This document shows positions 19,542 to 27,573 of a stretch of 64,000 bases of DNA, piece by piece. The notes beneath the pieces are model-generated. The model was not told the origin of the DNA. It worked only from the letters and a program-made list of their open reading frames with translations, and searched no databases. The stretch is from contig JAVCBU010000006.1 of the NCBI GenBank assembly GCA_037917685.1, positions 364,699 through 428,698 on the forward strand, given 5' to 3'. Within the stretch, counting starts at the first letter, position 1, and the number at the start of each line of letters is the position of its first letter. The stretch comes from Thermoproteota archaeon (GTDB taxonomy: Archaea > Korarchaeota > Korarchaeia > Korarchaeales > JAOZGB01). A program made the position numbers and the translations under genes.

Positions 19542-20186
19542 CTATATCACCTCCGTTTTAGACTCGGTTTCTGACGTAAACTCGTCAATAATGGTTGGAA
19601 CAAAGGGCTTTACAAGGTTTAGCATTCTCTTAGCGACCTCCCGGATCTCCCATTGGGCTTCAGGGCCAAGTCTCAGCCTAAAGAAGTGTAGGAGCTCACG
19701 CAGGTTCATGGTGACAACTATCCCCGTCTCGGATGCCTGCGGCAGGACGAACCTCGCATCTTCAAGTGGGATGCCTAGGCTCAAAAGCCGCTTATACGTG
19801 TTAACACAGTGTTCTATGGATCTCTTAAATATTTTAGATGCCTCTGGGCAGGCCATTATTTTTCCTGGTGTCACGAAGCTGTCTATAGGGGTATGCCTCT
19901 GGCTTCTCTGGCTGTAGCTAGCGATCCTGTGGCGGACTAGCTGGTGGCTGCATGCACGGCTAATGCCTTCAATCCAGAAGGTGAACACTACGTGTTCAAA
20001 AACGCTGTGATGCCCGGCTCTATAAAGTCCTCTGACAAGCCGCTCAACATCGCTCTCTCCAAGCTGGTTATATACTTCTCTTAGACTACTGTTGGATCTA
20101 CAGACCCTAGCACAGGCCGCAATAAACCTTTCAAGCTTTACATCTTTAAACGGGTTTGAAACAGACACTAACTCTACTCTCAACAC
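19542..20186 (-). CDS. thyX: FAD-dependent thymidylate synthase
   Basis: GHHSVFEH, RHRIASYSQRS (RHRx7S), EDARFVLP, AQWEIR. Confidence 0.96.
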   Translation of the reverse strand: MLRVELVSVSNPFKDVKLERFIAACARVCRSNSSLREVYNQLGESDVERLVRGLYRAGHHSVFEHVVFTFWIEGISRACSHQLVRHRIASYSQRSQRHTPIDSFVTPGKIMACPEASKIFKRSIEHCVNTYKRLLSLGIPLEDARFVLPQASETGIVVTMNLRELLHFFRLRLGPEAQWEIREVAKRMLNLVKPFVPTIIDEFTSETESKTEVI

Positions 20187-20241
20187 TAAACCATAGAACG
20201 TACTGTAAACATAAAATGTATTATCATGCTCCAGTGGCTCA

Positions 20242-20255
20242 AAACATTAATGTTT
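20242..20255. promoter_or_regulatory. Perfect 14-bp palindrome in the divergent thyX / ferritin-like intergenic region
   Basis: AAACATTAATGTTT is its own reverse complement. Confidence 0.35.
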
Positions 20256-20359
20256 ATTCTTAACATTTCTATACATATTCAAAAACATACTTAGGTAAAA
20301 CCAGGTTTGGCTGTAATTCTTTAAAACCATTCGTCCCATTGATACCATGGGTGCGTTGT

Positions 20360-20635
20360 ATGCTTTCGAAAATACCCATAAACATAGAATTAGTCTCCAA
20401 AGATAGGATAGACATGGAGATTCTCAGGGTAGGTTTAATAGCCGAGCTTGACGCGATCAACCTATACGAGCAGCTTGCTGCCGTAACCGAAAATGATAAG
20501 ATAAAAGCCGTTCTTTTAGACATTGCAAAAGAGGAAAAAACTCATGTTGGAGAATTCCTAGCCCTACTGTTAACCATGGATCAGGAGCAGAAGGAGGAAC
20601 TTGAGGAAGGTAGAAAGGAAGTAGAAGAGCTATGA
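20360..20635 (+). CDS. Encapsulin-cargo-type ferritin-like protein (EncFtn/Flp), standalone
   Basis: EILR..IAELDAINLYEQ and LLDIAKEEKTHVGEF ferroxidase motifs; ATG 20360 preferred over TTG 20339. Confidence 0.85.
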   Translation: MLSKIPINIELVSKDRIDMEILRVGLIAELDAINLYEQLAAVTENDKIKAVLLDIAKEEKTHVGEFLALLLTMDQEQKEELEEGRKEVEEL

Positions 20636-20690
20636 AAATTTTGGGCTAAGATTTACAATAGGTTTATTTTCAAGGTATGTCATTGATAGT

Positions 20691-20762
20691 ATGGATGATG
20701 AGGTCACTCCAGTGTGAAGGGTAGGGGACGCCCTAATGATCGCCCCTGAGGTATCTGACCAT
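20691..20762 (+). ncRNA. C/D-box methylation guide sRNA
   Basis: Stem ATGG/CCAT; C box ATGATGA 20695-20701; 12-nt guide; D' GTGA 20714-20717; internal hairpin; C' ATGATCG 20736-20742; 12-nt guide; D box CTGA 20755-20758; intergenic with TTTATTTT upstream. Confidence 0.8.
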
Positions 20763-20765
20763 CTG

Positions 20766-22157
20766 CTAATCCTGAGTTGACAACGCCCTTGAACACCTAT
20801 ACATGTAGTCCGCGACTTTAACAGCCTCCTCTGGAGTGGTATAAACGGGTATCCCTTGTTTTTCAAGCTCTTTAGACATCATCCTGCTGTACGGCCCCCC
20901 GGCAGCGCAGCAGATTATGGGCTTCCCTCTCCAATTGTACTCAGCTAAGACGTCTACTATTCCTTTATCCAGTGGTGTGTCTTGGAACACAAAGATGGGC
21001 ATCACAATGTCAACACTATCATCTTCTATTAAAGCCTCTATGGCCAGTCTATAATCTCTACTCGTAGCACTTCCCGTAAGGTCTATGGGGTTCTTGTCGA
21101 TGATGTATGCAGGCGGGTATTTATCTCTCAGCTTCATAACTGTTTCTCTCGAAGGTTTACCCGGCTTTATTGTTAGATCCCGCATCTTGTCTATGGCCAT
21201 CACTGCCGGTCCAGCTCCATTTGTGACCATAACCAGCCTATTGCCCTTTGGTAGAGGCTGCCACTCTAAGGCTTTAGCGGTGTTAAAAAGGTCTCTTATG
21301 TCTTCTACCAGAACAGCCCCGGCCTGTAGGGCTGCCGCCTTGAAAATCATGTATGAACCGGCCAGCCCTCCTGTATGCGACTTAGCTGCTTTAACCCCCT
21401 CTTCTGTTCTTCCGGACTTGAGTAGTAGAACAGGCTTTCTACCTGTGGTTTTCCGGAGCGTGTTATAAAATCGTCTGCCATCTCTAACGCTTTCGATGTA
21501 GGCAAGGATGATCCTGGTTTTTTCATCCTCCGCCAAGTATTCTATAAGCTCTGATTCTGTTACATCCACCATATTTCCATAGCTGATCATTTTGGACATA
21601 CCTATACCTGCTTCTGCCAGCCATTCTACAATTGTTAATGCAAAAGTTCCTGATTGTGCTATGAATGCGACGTCTCCAGGCTTCGGTCTAAGGCATCTCT
21701 CCCTAGAATGGAAGAGTGTGTCAACGCCTGTTTCAGGACATAGTATTCCAATGCAGTTCGGGCCAATAGCTCTCATCCCGTATTTTCCACATATTTCACC
21801 TATTTGCTTCTCATACTTCTCTCCTTCACCGCCTAACTCCTTAAACCCTCCAGAGATTATGACTACAGCTTTCACTCCCTTTCTTCCACATTCTTCCATT
21901 ACCATTGGCACATGAGATGCTCGTATAGCAATTACAGCCATCTCTACATCTTCGTCGATATCGGATATCGTCTTGTAGCATTTAAGTCCAAGAATCATGT
22001 CGGCTGTAGGGTTGACAGGGTATACTTTCCCCTTGTATCCGGATGAAATAAGGCTTGCCAGAATTTCATATCCTATTTTACCCTTTCTACGTGAAGCTCC
22101 AACTACCGCTATTGAGCTAGGTTTAAAGAAGCTGTCTAACATATCATTGCCTACCAT
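20766..22157 (-). CDS. acdA: ADP-forming acyl-CoA synthetase alpha subunit
   Basis: IAVVGAS, YPVNP, IGPNCIG, QSGT, AKSHTGGLAG phospho-His motif, NPIDLTG. Confidence 0.9.
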   Translation of the reverse strand: MVGNDMLDSFFKPSSIAVVGASRRKGKIGYEILASLISSGYKGKVYPVNPTADMILGLKCYKTISDIDEDVEMAVIAIRASHVPMVMEECGRKGVKAVVIISGGFKELGGEGEKYEKQIGEICGKYGMRAIGPNCIGILCPETGVDTLFHSRERCLRPKPGDVAFIAQSGTFALTIVEWLAEAGIGMSKMISYGNMVDVTESELIEYLAEDEKTRIILAYIESVRDGRRFYNTLRKTTGRKPVLLLKSGRTEEGVKAAKSHTGGLAGSYMIFKAAALQAGAVLVEDIRDLFNTAKALEWQPLPKGNRLVMVTNGAGPAVMAIDKMRDLTIKPGKPSRETVMKLRDKYPPAYIIDKNPIDLTGSATSRDYRLAIEALIEDDSVDIVMPIFVFQDTPLDKGIVDVLAEYNWRGKPIICCAAGGPYSRMMSKELEKQGIPVYTTPEEAVKVADYMYRCSRALSTQD

Positions 22158-22177
22158 CCTATCCTTTTATTTATGGT

Positions 22178-23779
22178 TTGTTAAATACTTCGGTGATGGT
22201 CAGGTTTTGGATAGATGATATAGCATACAAAGTTGTGGAGAGAGAATCGAAGCTGAAAAGAAGCCTGCATATTCTAAGGGTTGAAGCGGGAATCGGTGCG
22301 AGTGGAATACCACATATAGGCTCTGTTGGAGATGCCATAAGGGCTTTTGGGGTTAAACTCGGCTTGGAAGATCTTGGTTGTAGGTCTGAGCTTATAGCCT
22401 ACAGCGATGACCGGGATGGGTTAAGGAAGGTACCTGCGGGGATGCCTTCATGGCTTAAAGATCACCTGGGTAAACCAGTAACAGACATCCCAGACCCGTT
22501 TAAATGTCATAAAAGCTACGGCGAGCATATGAGCAGCCTACTCATCGACGCATTAGACCGTTTGGGCGTTGAATATAAATTTATCAGCGGAACTGAGGCT
22601 TACAAGTCAGGCCTCCTTGACAAGCAGATTCATAAAATCCTAGTTAACCATAAAAAGGTCATGGGAATCGTTAGGGGGATGGTCGGATCAAGCAAGCCTG
22701 AAGACTGGATACCATACTGGCCTGTCTGCGAAAACTGTGGGAGAATCTATACTACTCATGCTTATAAGCTTCTCCCGGAAGAGAGAAAAGTACTTTACAG
22801 GTGTGAATGGAGCTTTAAGAATGTTGAGGGCTGCGGATACGAGGGGGAGGCGAAATACGTACATGGGAATGGAAAGCTGCCATGGAAGGGTGAGTTCGCT
22901 GCGAGATGGGCTGCCCTTGGTATAGTGTTTGAGGCCAGGGGGAAAGACATAGATGAATCCTTCAAGGTTAATATGAGAATATGTCGGGAAGTACTGGGTT
23001 TTGAACCTCCACTATCTATTCTTTACGAAGTCTTTCTTGACAAGTCTGGAAGGAAAATATCAAAATCTAGAGGTGAGGTGTTTACACCTCAAGATTGGCT
23101 TGAATACGCACCACCTGAAACCCTTAGATATCTCATGTATAAGAGGTTCCAGGGAACAAGAACTCTCTCAATAGAAGACGTTCCATACTATATAATAGAA
23201 CTGGAAGACATGCTTAGAAAGTATTGGGCTCTAGAATCGATAAAAAATGAACGTGAAAAAGTAAATACCAAAAGAATAATGGAATATACCTTTAACCTGA
23301 GAGAAGTCCCGAAGCCTAGTCCTGTAAGCTTCTCTACAGTTCTTAACGTGATAAGAATGATGCCATGGAGCCTTGTAGGTGAAGAAACCCTTAAGAGAGA
23401 AGTTGCAAGGATCCTGTCTAAATACTATTCAGTGCCATTAGATCAGGTTCTCAGCGACGCATACATATCAAGAATGATCGACTATGCAAAGAATTATTTC
23501 TTAAAGGTTGAAAGAGGTGTCATAGAGAAGGTAAAGCTTGAACCATCGATTGAAAACGCCGTAAAAATTTTCGTGGAGAAGCTTAGCCCAGATATAGATG
23601 GCGAGAAAATACAAGACCTTATATTCCATGTGGCCCGGGAAAGCGGGGTTAAACCAGCAGAAATGTTTAGAGCACTGTACATTCTGATAACAGGCAGGGA
23701 TAAGGGACCTAGGCTAGGCCCGTTAATATCTGGAATCGGGGTTAACCTCATCAAAGACCTCATTTTAAAGAAGATTTGA
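22178..23779 (+). CDS. lysS: Lysine--tRNA ligase, class I
   Basis: SGIPHIGS, DGLRKVP, CENCGR, GKLPWKGEFAARW, KISKSRG, GPRLG; start probably 22193 or 22196. Confidence 0.95.
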   Translation: MLNTSVMVRFWIDDIAYKVVERESKLKRSLHILRVEAGIGASGIPHIGSVGDAIRAFGVKLGLEDLGCRSELIAYSDDRDGLRKVPAGMPSWLKDHLGKPVTDIPDPFKCHKSYGEHMSSLLIDALDRLGVEYKFISGTEAYKSGLLDKQIHKILVNHKKVMGIVRGMVGSSKPEDWIPYWPVCENCGRIYTTHAYKLLPEERKVLYRCEWSFKNVEGCGYEGEAKYVHGNGKLPWKGEFAARWAALGIVFEARGKDIDESFKVNMRICREVLGFEPPLSILYEVFLDKSGRKISKSRGEVFTPQDWLEYAPPETLRYLMYKRFQGTRTLSIEDVPYYIIELEDMLRKYWALESIKNEREKVNTKRIMEYTFNLREVPKPSPVSFSTVLNVIRMMPWSLVGEETLKREVARILSKYYSVPLDQVLSDAYISRMIDYAKNYFLKVERGVIEKVKLEPSIENAVKIFVEKLSPDIDGEKIQDLIFHVARESGVKPAEMFRALYILITGRDKGPRLGPLISGIGVNLIKDLILKKI

Positions 23780-23849
23780 CCATCCCAACCATAACACGCT
23801 AGGAACTTATTTAACGAAAAATGGATTACAATTCCATGACGGGGTTTAC

Positions 23850-24359
23850 TTGGAAGAAGATAGCGTTAAGAAGATAATTTACGCTAGGAAAAAGCTTAAA
23901 ATAAAGATCAGAAAGCTTGAGAAGGAGCTATTCTTCTATAGAAGACTTCTTGACCTGGTTGACAGTCTTATAATAGATAAGACAATAGTTTCAGCCGAAA
24001 GCCTGCTCAAACAAGTATCAAAACCAATTATTTTGACGTCAAAATCAGGTGTTAAACTTGGAACTATAGAAAAATACGAGGACAGAGCCGTCTTCAAACC
24101 AGCTACAGACATAAAAATTCGGGTGGATAAGCCGCCCTTCTCAACATATTTTATAAAGAGAGTATTAACTGGTTGGAAAATAGTCGATGATCAGCAGGTT
24201 AGATCTGGAGCTTTATCTCCAGACAAGATGTTCGACTATGAAATCATAGAGGAGGACAACATACTTAAGCAGCTCATATTCAAGAATCCGAGAGAGAAGC
24301 TTCCTAGACTGATGAAGCAACTGAGATGGACCATAGAGAAACAGCTGAAAATAGAATAG
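23850..24359 (+). CDS. Hypothetical protein with N-terminal coiled coil
   Basis: 169 aa ORF filling the gap between lysS and the AMMECR1 gene; PPFSTYFIKRVL and LRWTIEK look like conserved motifs. Confidence 0.7.
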   Translation: MEEDSVKKIIYARKKLKIKIRKLEKELFFYRRLLDLVDSLIIDKTIVSAESLLKQVSKPIILTSKSGVKLGTIEKYEDRAVFKPATDIKIRVDKPPFSTYFIKRVLTGWKIVDDQQVRSGALSPDKMFDYEIIEEDNILKQLIFKNPREKLPRLMKQLRWTIEKQLKIE

Positions 24360-24360
24360 G

Positions 24361-24963
24361 CTAGTGCATTACAATTTCTCCCTCAGGCTCTACCTCCTCA
24401 AATATCTGAGCCTGAAATCTGTAAACTTTCGTTTCCATATCCATCCAGGCATTAGGTGGGAGGCCTGCCTTTAGACATGTATGAGATAAGAAAGATTTGA
24501 CATCCCAGCCGAACTCGCTGCATACCTGGGGAAGTAAGACACCTTTGTAAAATCCTCTCTCAACGATTAAACCGTCCCTACCGCATTTTATAATATTAAG
24601 GTAATCCGACGGCTTATTAACCGTCACAAGCTTAGGTACGGTAAGCACGCTAACCTCAATCTTAAGTCCTGGAAGTTCTCTTCTTGTTACAGGTGGAAAC
24701 CTTGGGTCCTCAAATGCTGCTGATGCAGCAGCCCTGATAGTGGCCTCTAATAGAGGGTATAGCGGGTATATGAATCCTATGCACCCTCTAAGTCTATCAT
24801 CGGATGCTCTTTTCAACGTAACGAATACACCTCTCCTCTCCTTAAGCCTCTCACTTCTAACCTCCGGTGTTTCCGGGAGAAAACCGGTTTCGAGTCTGTG
24901 CTTAATAGTTTTCCTTGCCAATCCTACCAGGAATCTACCTTCCTGAAGGGTGAGTTTCTCCAT
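24361..24963 (-). CDS. AMMECR1-domain protein (TIGR00296-like)
   Basis: GVFVTL, LRGCIG, AAFEDPRF, EVSVL, GVLLPQV, CLKAGL. Confidence 0.95.
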   Translation of the reverse strand: MEKLTLQEGRFLVGLARKTIKHRLETGFLPETPEVRSERLKERRGVFVTLKRASDDRLRGCIGFIYPLYPLLEATIRAAASAAFEDPRFPPVTRRELPGLKIEVSVLTVPKLVTVNKPSDYLNIIKCGRDGLIVERGFYKGVLLPQVCSEFGWDVKSFLSHTCLKAGLPPNAWMDMETKVYRFQAQIFEEVEPEGEIVMH

Positions 24964-24971
24964 ATGTTCGC

Positions 24972-25550
24972 CTACTCGTATATTAACATATCATTCTCGG
25001 CTAGAATATCCCTCAACTTATATACAGCTTTAACTACATCCTCCTCTTTCTTCGCTCCTGTGCACACGAGACTTCCTGATGCGAAAATCAGGAAAACGAC
25101 TTTCGGATCGCTCATCCTATATATAAGACCTGGAAACTGTTCGGGCTCATATAACGTGTTAGGCAGCTCAGAAGCCACCTTTTCGATGTCTACCTTGGCG
25201 AATATCTTTGCCGAGGCCACTATGTTCTCAGCCTTGACCAAGGGGATTCCGCTTACCTCTATTCCGTAGTCTTGCATCTCCCTTAAGGCTTTATTCACCG
25301 CCTCGTTGGCCTCGCCAATAGATTTAGTTCCAGTACATACAAATCTTCCACTACTGAATACTAGTAGTGCGGCTTTGGGATTTCTAGTCTTGTAAATCAA
25401 CCCGGGGAACCGCTCAGGCTCATATCTTGTGTGAGGAATCTTCTTCGAAATCTCCATTAAATCGAGCTTCTGATTGATACTAGCAGAAGCCACAACATTC
25501 TGTATAGTTATTTCAGGTTCCCTCTTGAATTTCGGCTTCTTACTCAACAT
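24972..25550 (-). CDS. tbp: TATA-box-binding protein
   Basis: Two repeats NVVAS..YEPERFPGLIY..LVFSSG..CTG and NIVAS..YEPEQFPGLIY..LIFASG..CTG. Confidence 0.98.
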   Translation of the reverse strand: MLSKKPKFKREPEITIQNVVASASINQKLDLMEISKKIPHTRYEPERFPGLIYKTRNPKAALLVFSSGRFVCTGTKSIGEANEAVNKALREMQDYGIEVSGIPLVKAENIVASAKIFAKVDIEKVASELPNTLYEPEQFPGLIYRMSDPKVVFLIFASGSLVCTGAKKEEDVVKAVYKLRDILAENDMLIYE

Positions 25551-25595
25551 TAACCACCAATCGCTAATGGGTATTCTAACCTAACTTATAAACAT

Positions 25596-26174
25596 TTAAA
25601 AATTATACCCAGCGGAGCTGGGTTCCACAATATCCTCTGATGCCTCTTCACTTTCAATTTTTTCCTCCTTCTCATGATCCTCCTTGCCTGCCCTATATAT
25701 GTCAACAGCTATTAGTATGCCCAAAACACCTATAAGGATTATTTTCCCCTTTAAGGTTTGAAATGGCCAGAAAACGTATCCCAACATGGGAATCCTATAT
25801 TTAACCCTTCCATATATGTCATCAGGGGTTCTATACCCTATGTCAGGCCTTGAATTAGCGTCCCCCTTCGTTTTAAACCTGTACACACCGCCTGGTTCGA
25901 CCTCGATCTCCACGATCCTGTGGACAATAGGGTATCTGGAGTACGGCGTGGTAAAAACGATTATGTCCCCAACCCTTAGCTCTTCCGGCTCGACATGCTC
26001 TACTACGAGCAGGTCGCCGACTGTAAGGTTGGGCTTCATCGATCCGGATGTTACTATGGAGAGGGGAGTTTCCACCCCGAAAACAAGGGATAACCCCTTA
26101 TTCACCCCAAAATAGAGTATGACGGCCATTATTGCAAGGGTGATTAGCTCTTTTTTAGCCTCCTTAGACTCCAT
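25596..26174 (-). CDS. Signal peptidase I (Sec11 type)
   Basis: VTSGSMKP, GDIIVF, IVHRIV, TKGDAN. Confidence 0.95.
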   Translation of the reverse strand: MESKEAKKELITLAIMAVILYFGVNKGLSLVFGVETPLSIVTSGSMKPNLTVGDLLVVEHVEPEELRVGDIIVFTTPYSRYPIVHRIVEIEVEPGGVYRFKTKGDANSRPDIGYRTPDDIYGRVKYRIPMLGYVFWPFQTLKGKIILIGVLGILIAVDIYRAGKEDHEKEEKIESEEASEDIVEPSSAGYNF

Positions 26175-26175
26175 T

Positions 26176-26322
26176 TTACACCGCCTTCACATATTTCACT
26201 ATTTCAGGTCTTACTTTAACGGCACACTTGTACCCGCAGTTCGGGCATACAATTATCCTACTATACTCCGAGATTTCCTCGGGATCGTATTCGTATCCGC
26301 ATTTGAGGCATTTATAAATCAT
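26176..26322 (-). CDS. rpoP: DNA-directed RNA polymerase subunit P (Rpo12)
   Basis: Below ORF-track cutoff; hand translation MIYKCLKCGYEYDPEEISEYSRIIVCPNCGYKCAVKVRPEIVKYVKAV (48 aa zinc ribbon with K-x-R-P tail); GGGTGA SD. Confidence 0.9.
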   Translation of the reverse strand: MIYKCLKCGYEYDPEEISEYSRIIVCPNCGYKCAVKVRPEIVKYVKAV

Positions 26323-26351
26323 ATCACCCACCAGTAGTACATAAATAGGGA

Positions 26352-27572
26352 TCAGCCACTTAATAAATCCTCTGATATTATTCTTCCCGGTGGGATTGTC
26401 GTCCCTGCTGATATCCTTATTCCGGGGTATATGGCGACGTTTCCGGTTATCAGCGCTTTGTCTCCTATAAAAGCACCAAGCTTTGCAAGGCCGCTGTCGA
26501 CCATTCTTCCTTTAACCTTCATTTTCACGGTTGAACCGTCCATGTTCCTGTTAATGGTCATAGTTCCTGGCCCGATATCAGCGGATTCCCCTATCACAGT
26601 GTCTCCTATATAGCTTAGCCTACCTATTTTAACATGACTGTAGACCACGGAGTTTTTAACCTCAACACCGAACCCTATGATAGTGTTTTTTCCAATATAA
26701 GTGTTATCTCTGATGAGTGTATTGTTTCCTATATAGGCTCCAGAGTCTATGAAGCAAGGTCCTTTAATTACTGAGCCTGATCTGACGTGAACCCCTGCGG
26801 CTATCTTTACAGGGCCCTCTATCCTAGTATTTTCCTCTATTACAGCATCTACAGATATTATCTTCTCTTTGATCTTTGACAGGAGTAGCCTATTAGCCTT
26901 TAGAATACTCCAGGGCTTGTCTAGGTGAACCCATTCTTTCTCCCATATTGCGGCTTGAACATGAAGCTCTCTGGTAGCCTTATTTAAACACTCCTCAAGG
27001 GTTGAGCCTTCCTTAAGCCCTGATATGATCGAACTATGTAATATATATAGTCCAGCTATCACGTAGTTTCCCATCTCCTCTTCTCCCCTTGGCTTTTCGC
27101 GTATCTCAACCACCCGGCCAGAGGAGTCTAGAACTGTTAGACCCAGTTCTCTTACCTCACCGCTTAGTGTTACCATTATTGTAGCGTCAGCTGCAGTATT
27201 TTCATGGGTGTTTAAAAGTCTAGACACATGCCCAGGCTCCACTAAAACGTCTCCGTAAACCACTACGATTTCATCCTCTCCACCGAGACAGTCGTAAGCC
27301 CTTAGTATGGCGTCTTCCACCCCTATCGGCCTCTCCTGCCTAGCATATTCAAGTGTAACACCTAGGGATCTCCCAATCCCGAAATATCTTTCTATCTGCT
27401 CTCCCTTAGATCCTGTTACGATACATATATCTTTAATCCCGTTATCCCTTAGGGACTCGATGGCATATTGTAGCACGGGCTTACCTAAAACCTCTATCAT
27501 AGATGTTGGCCTCGTATCTGTCAGAGGTCTAAGGCCTTCACCCCTTCCGCCTGTAAGTATACATGCCTTCAA
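26352..27572 (-). CDS. glmU: Bifunctional sugar-1-phosphate nucleotidylyltransferase/acetyltransferase (archaeal GlmU type)
   Basis: ILTGGRGEGLRPLT NTP-transferase N-terminus, hexapeptide repeats, LSYIGD, KLGAFIGD; follows glmS. Confidence 0.88.
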   Translation of the reverse strand: MKACILTGGRGEGLRPLTDTRPTSMIEVLGKPVLQYAIESLRDNGIKDICIVTGSKGEQIERYFGIGRSLGVTLEYARQERPIGVEDAILRAYDCLGGEDEIVVVYGDVLVEPGHVSRLLNTHENTAADATIMVTLSGEVRELGLTVLDSSGRVVEIREKPRGEEEMGNYVIAGLYILHSSIISGLKEGSTLEECLNKATRELHVQAAIWEKEWVHLDKPWSILKANRLLLSKIKEKIISVDAVIEENTRIEGPVKIAAGVHVRSGSVIKGPCFIDSGAYIGNNTLIRDNTYIGKNTIIGFGVEVKNSVVYSHVKIGRLSYIGDTVIGESADIGPGTMTINRNMDGSTVKMKVKGRMVDSGLAKLGAFIGDKALITGNVAIYPGIRISAGTTIPPGRIISEDLLSG

Positions 27573-27573
27573 C

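Noticed and set aside
20290-20306. Second DtxR box (TTAGGTAAAACCAGG) upstream of the ferritin-like gene
   Set aside because: Only one half-site matches; too weak to call
20633-20690. TGA read-through or frameshift fusing the ferritin-like gene to an encapsulin
   Set aside because: The downstream frame closes after about 16 codons, shows no HK97-fold sequence, and the space holds an sRNA and the acdA 3' end
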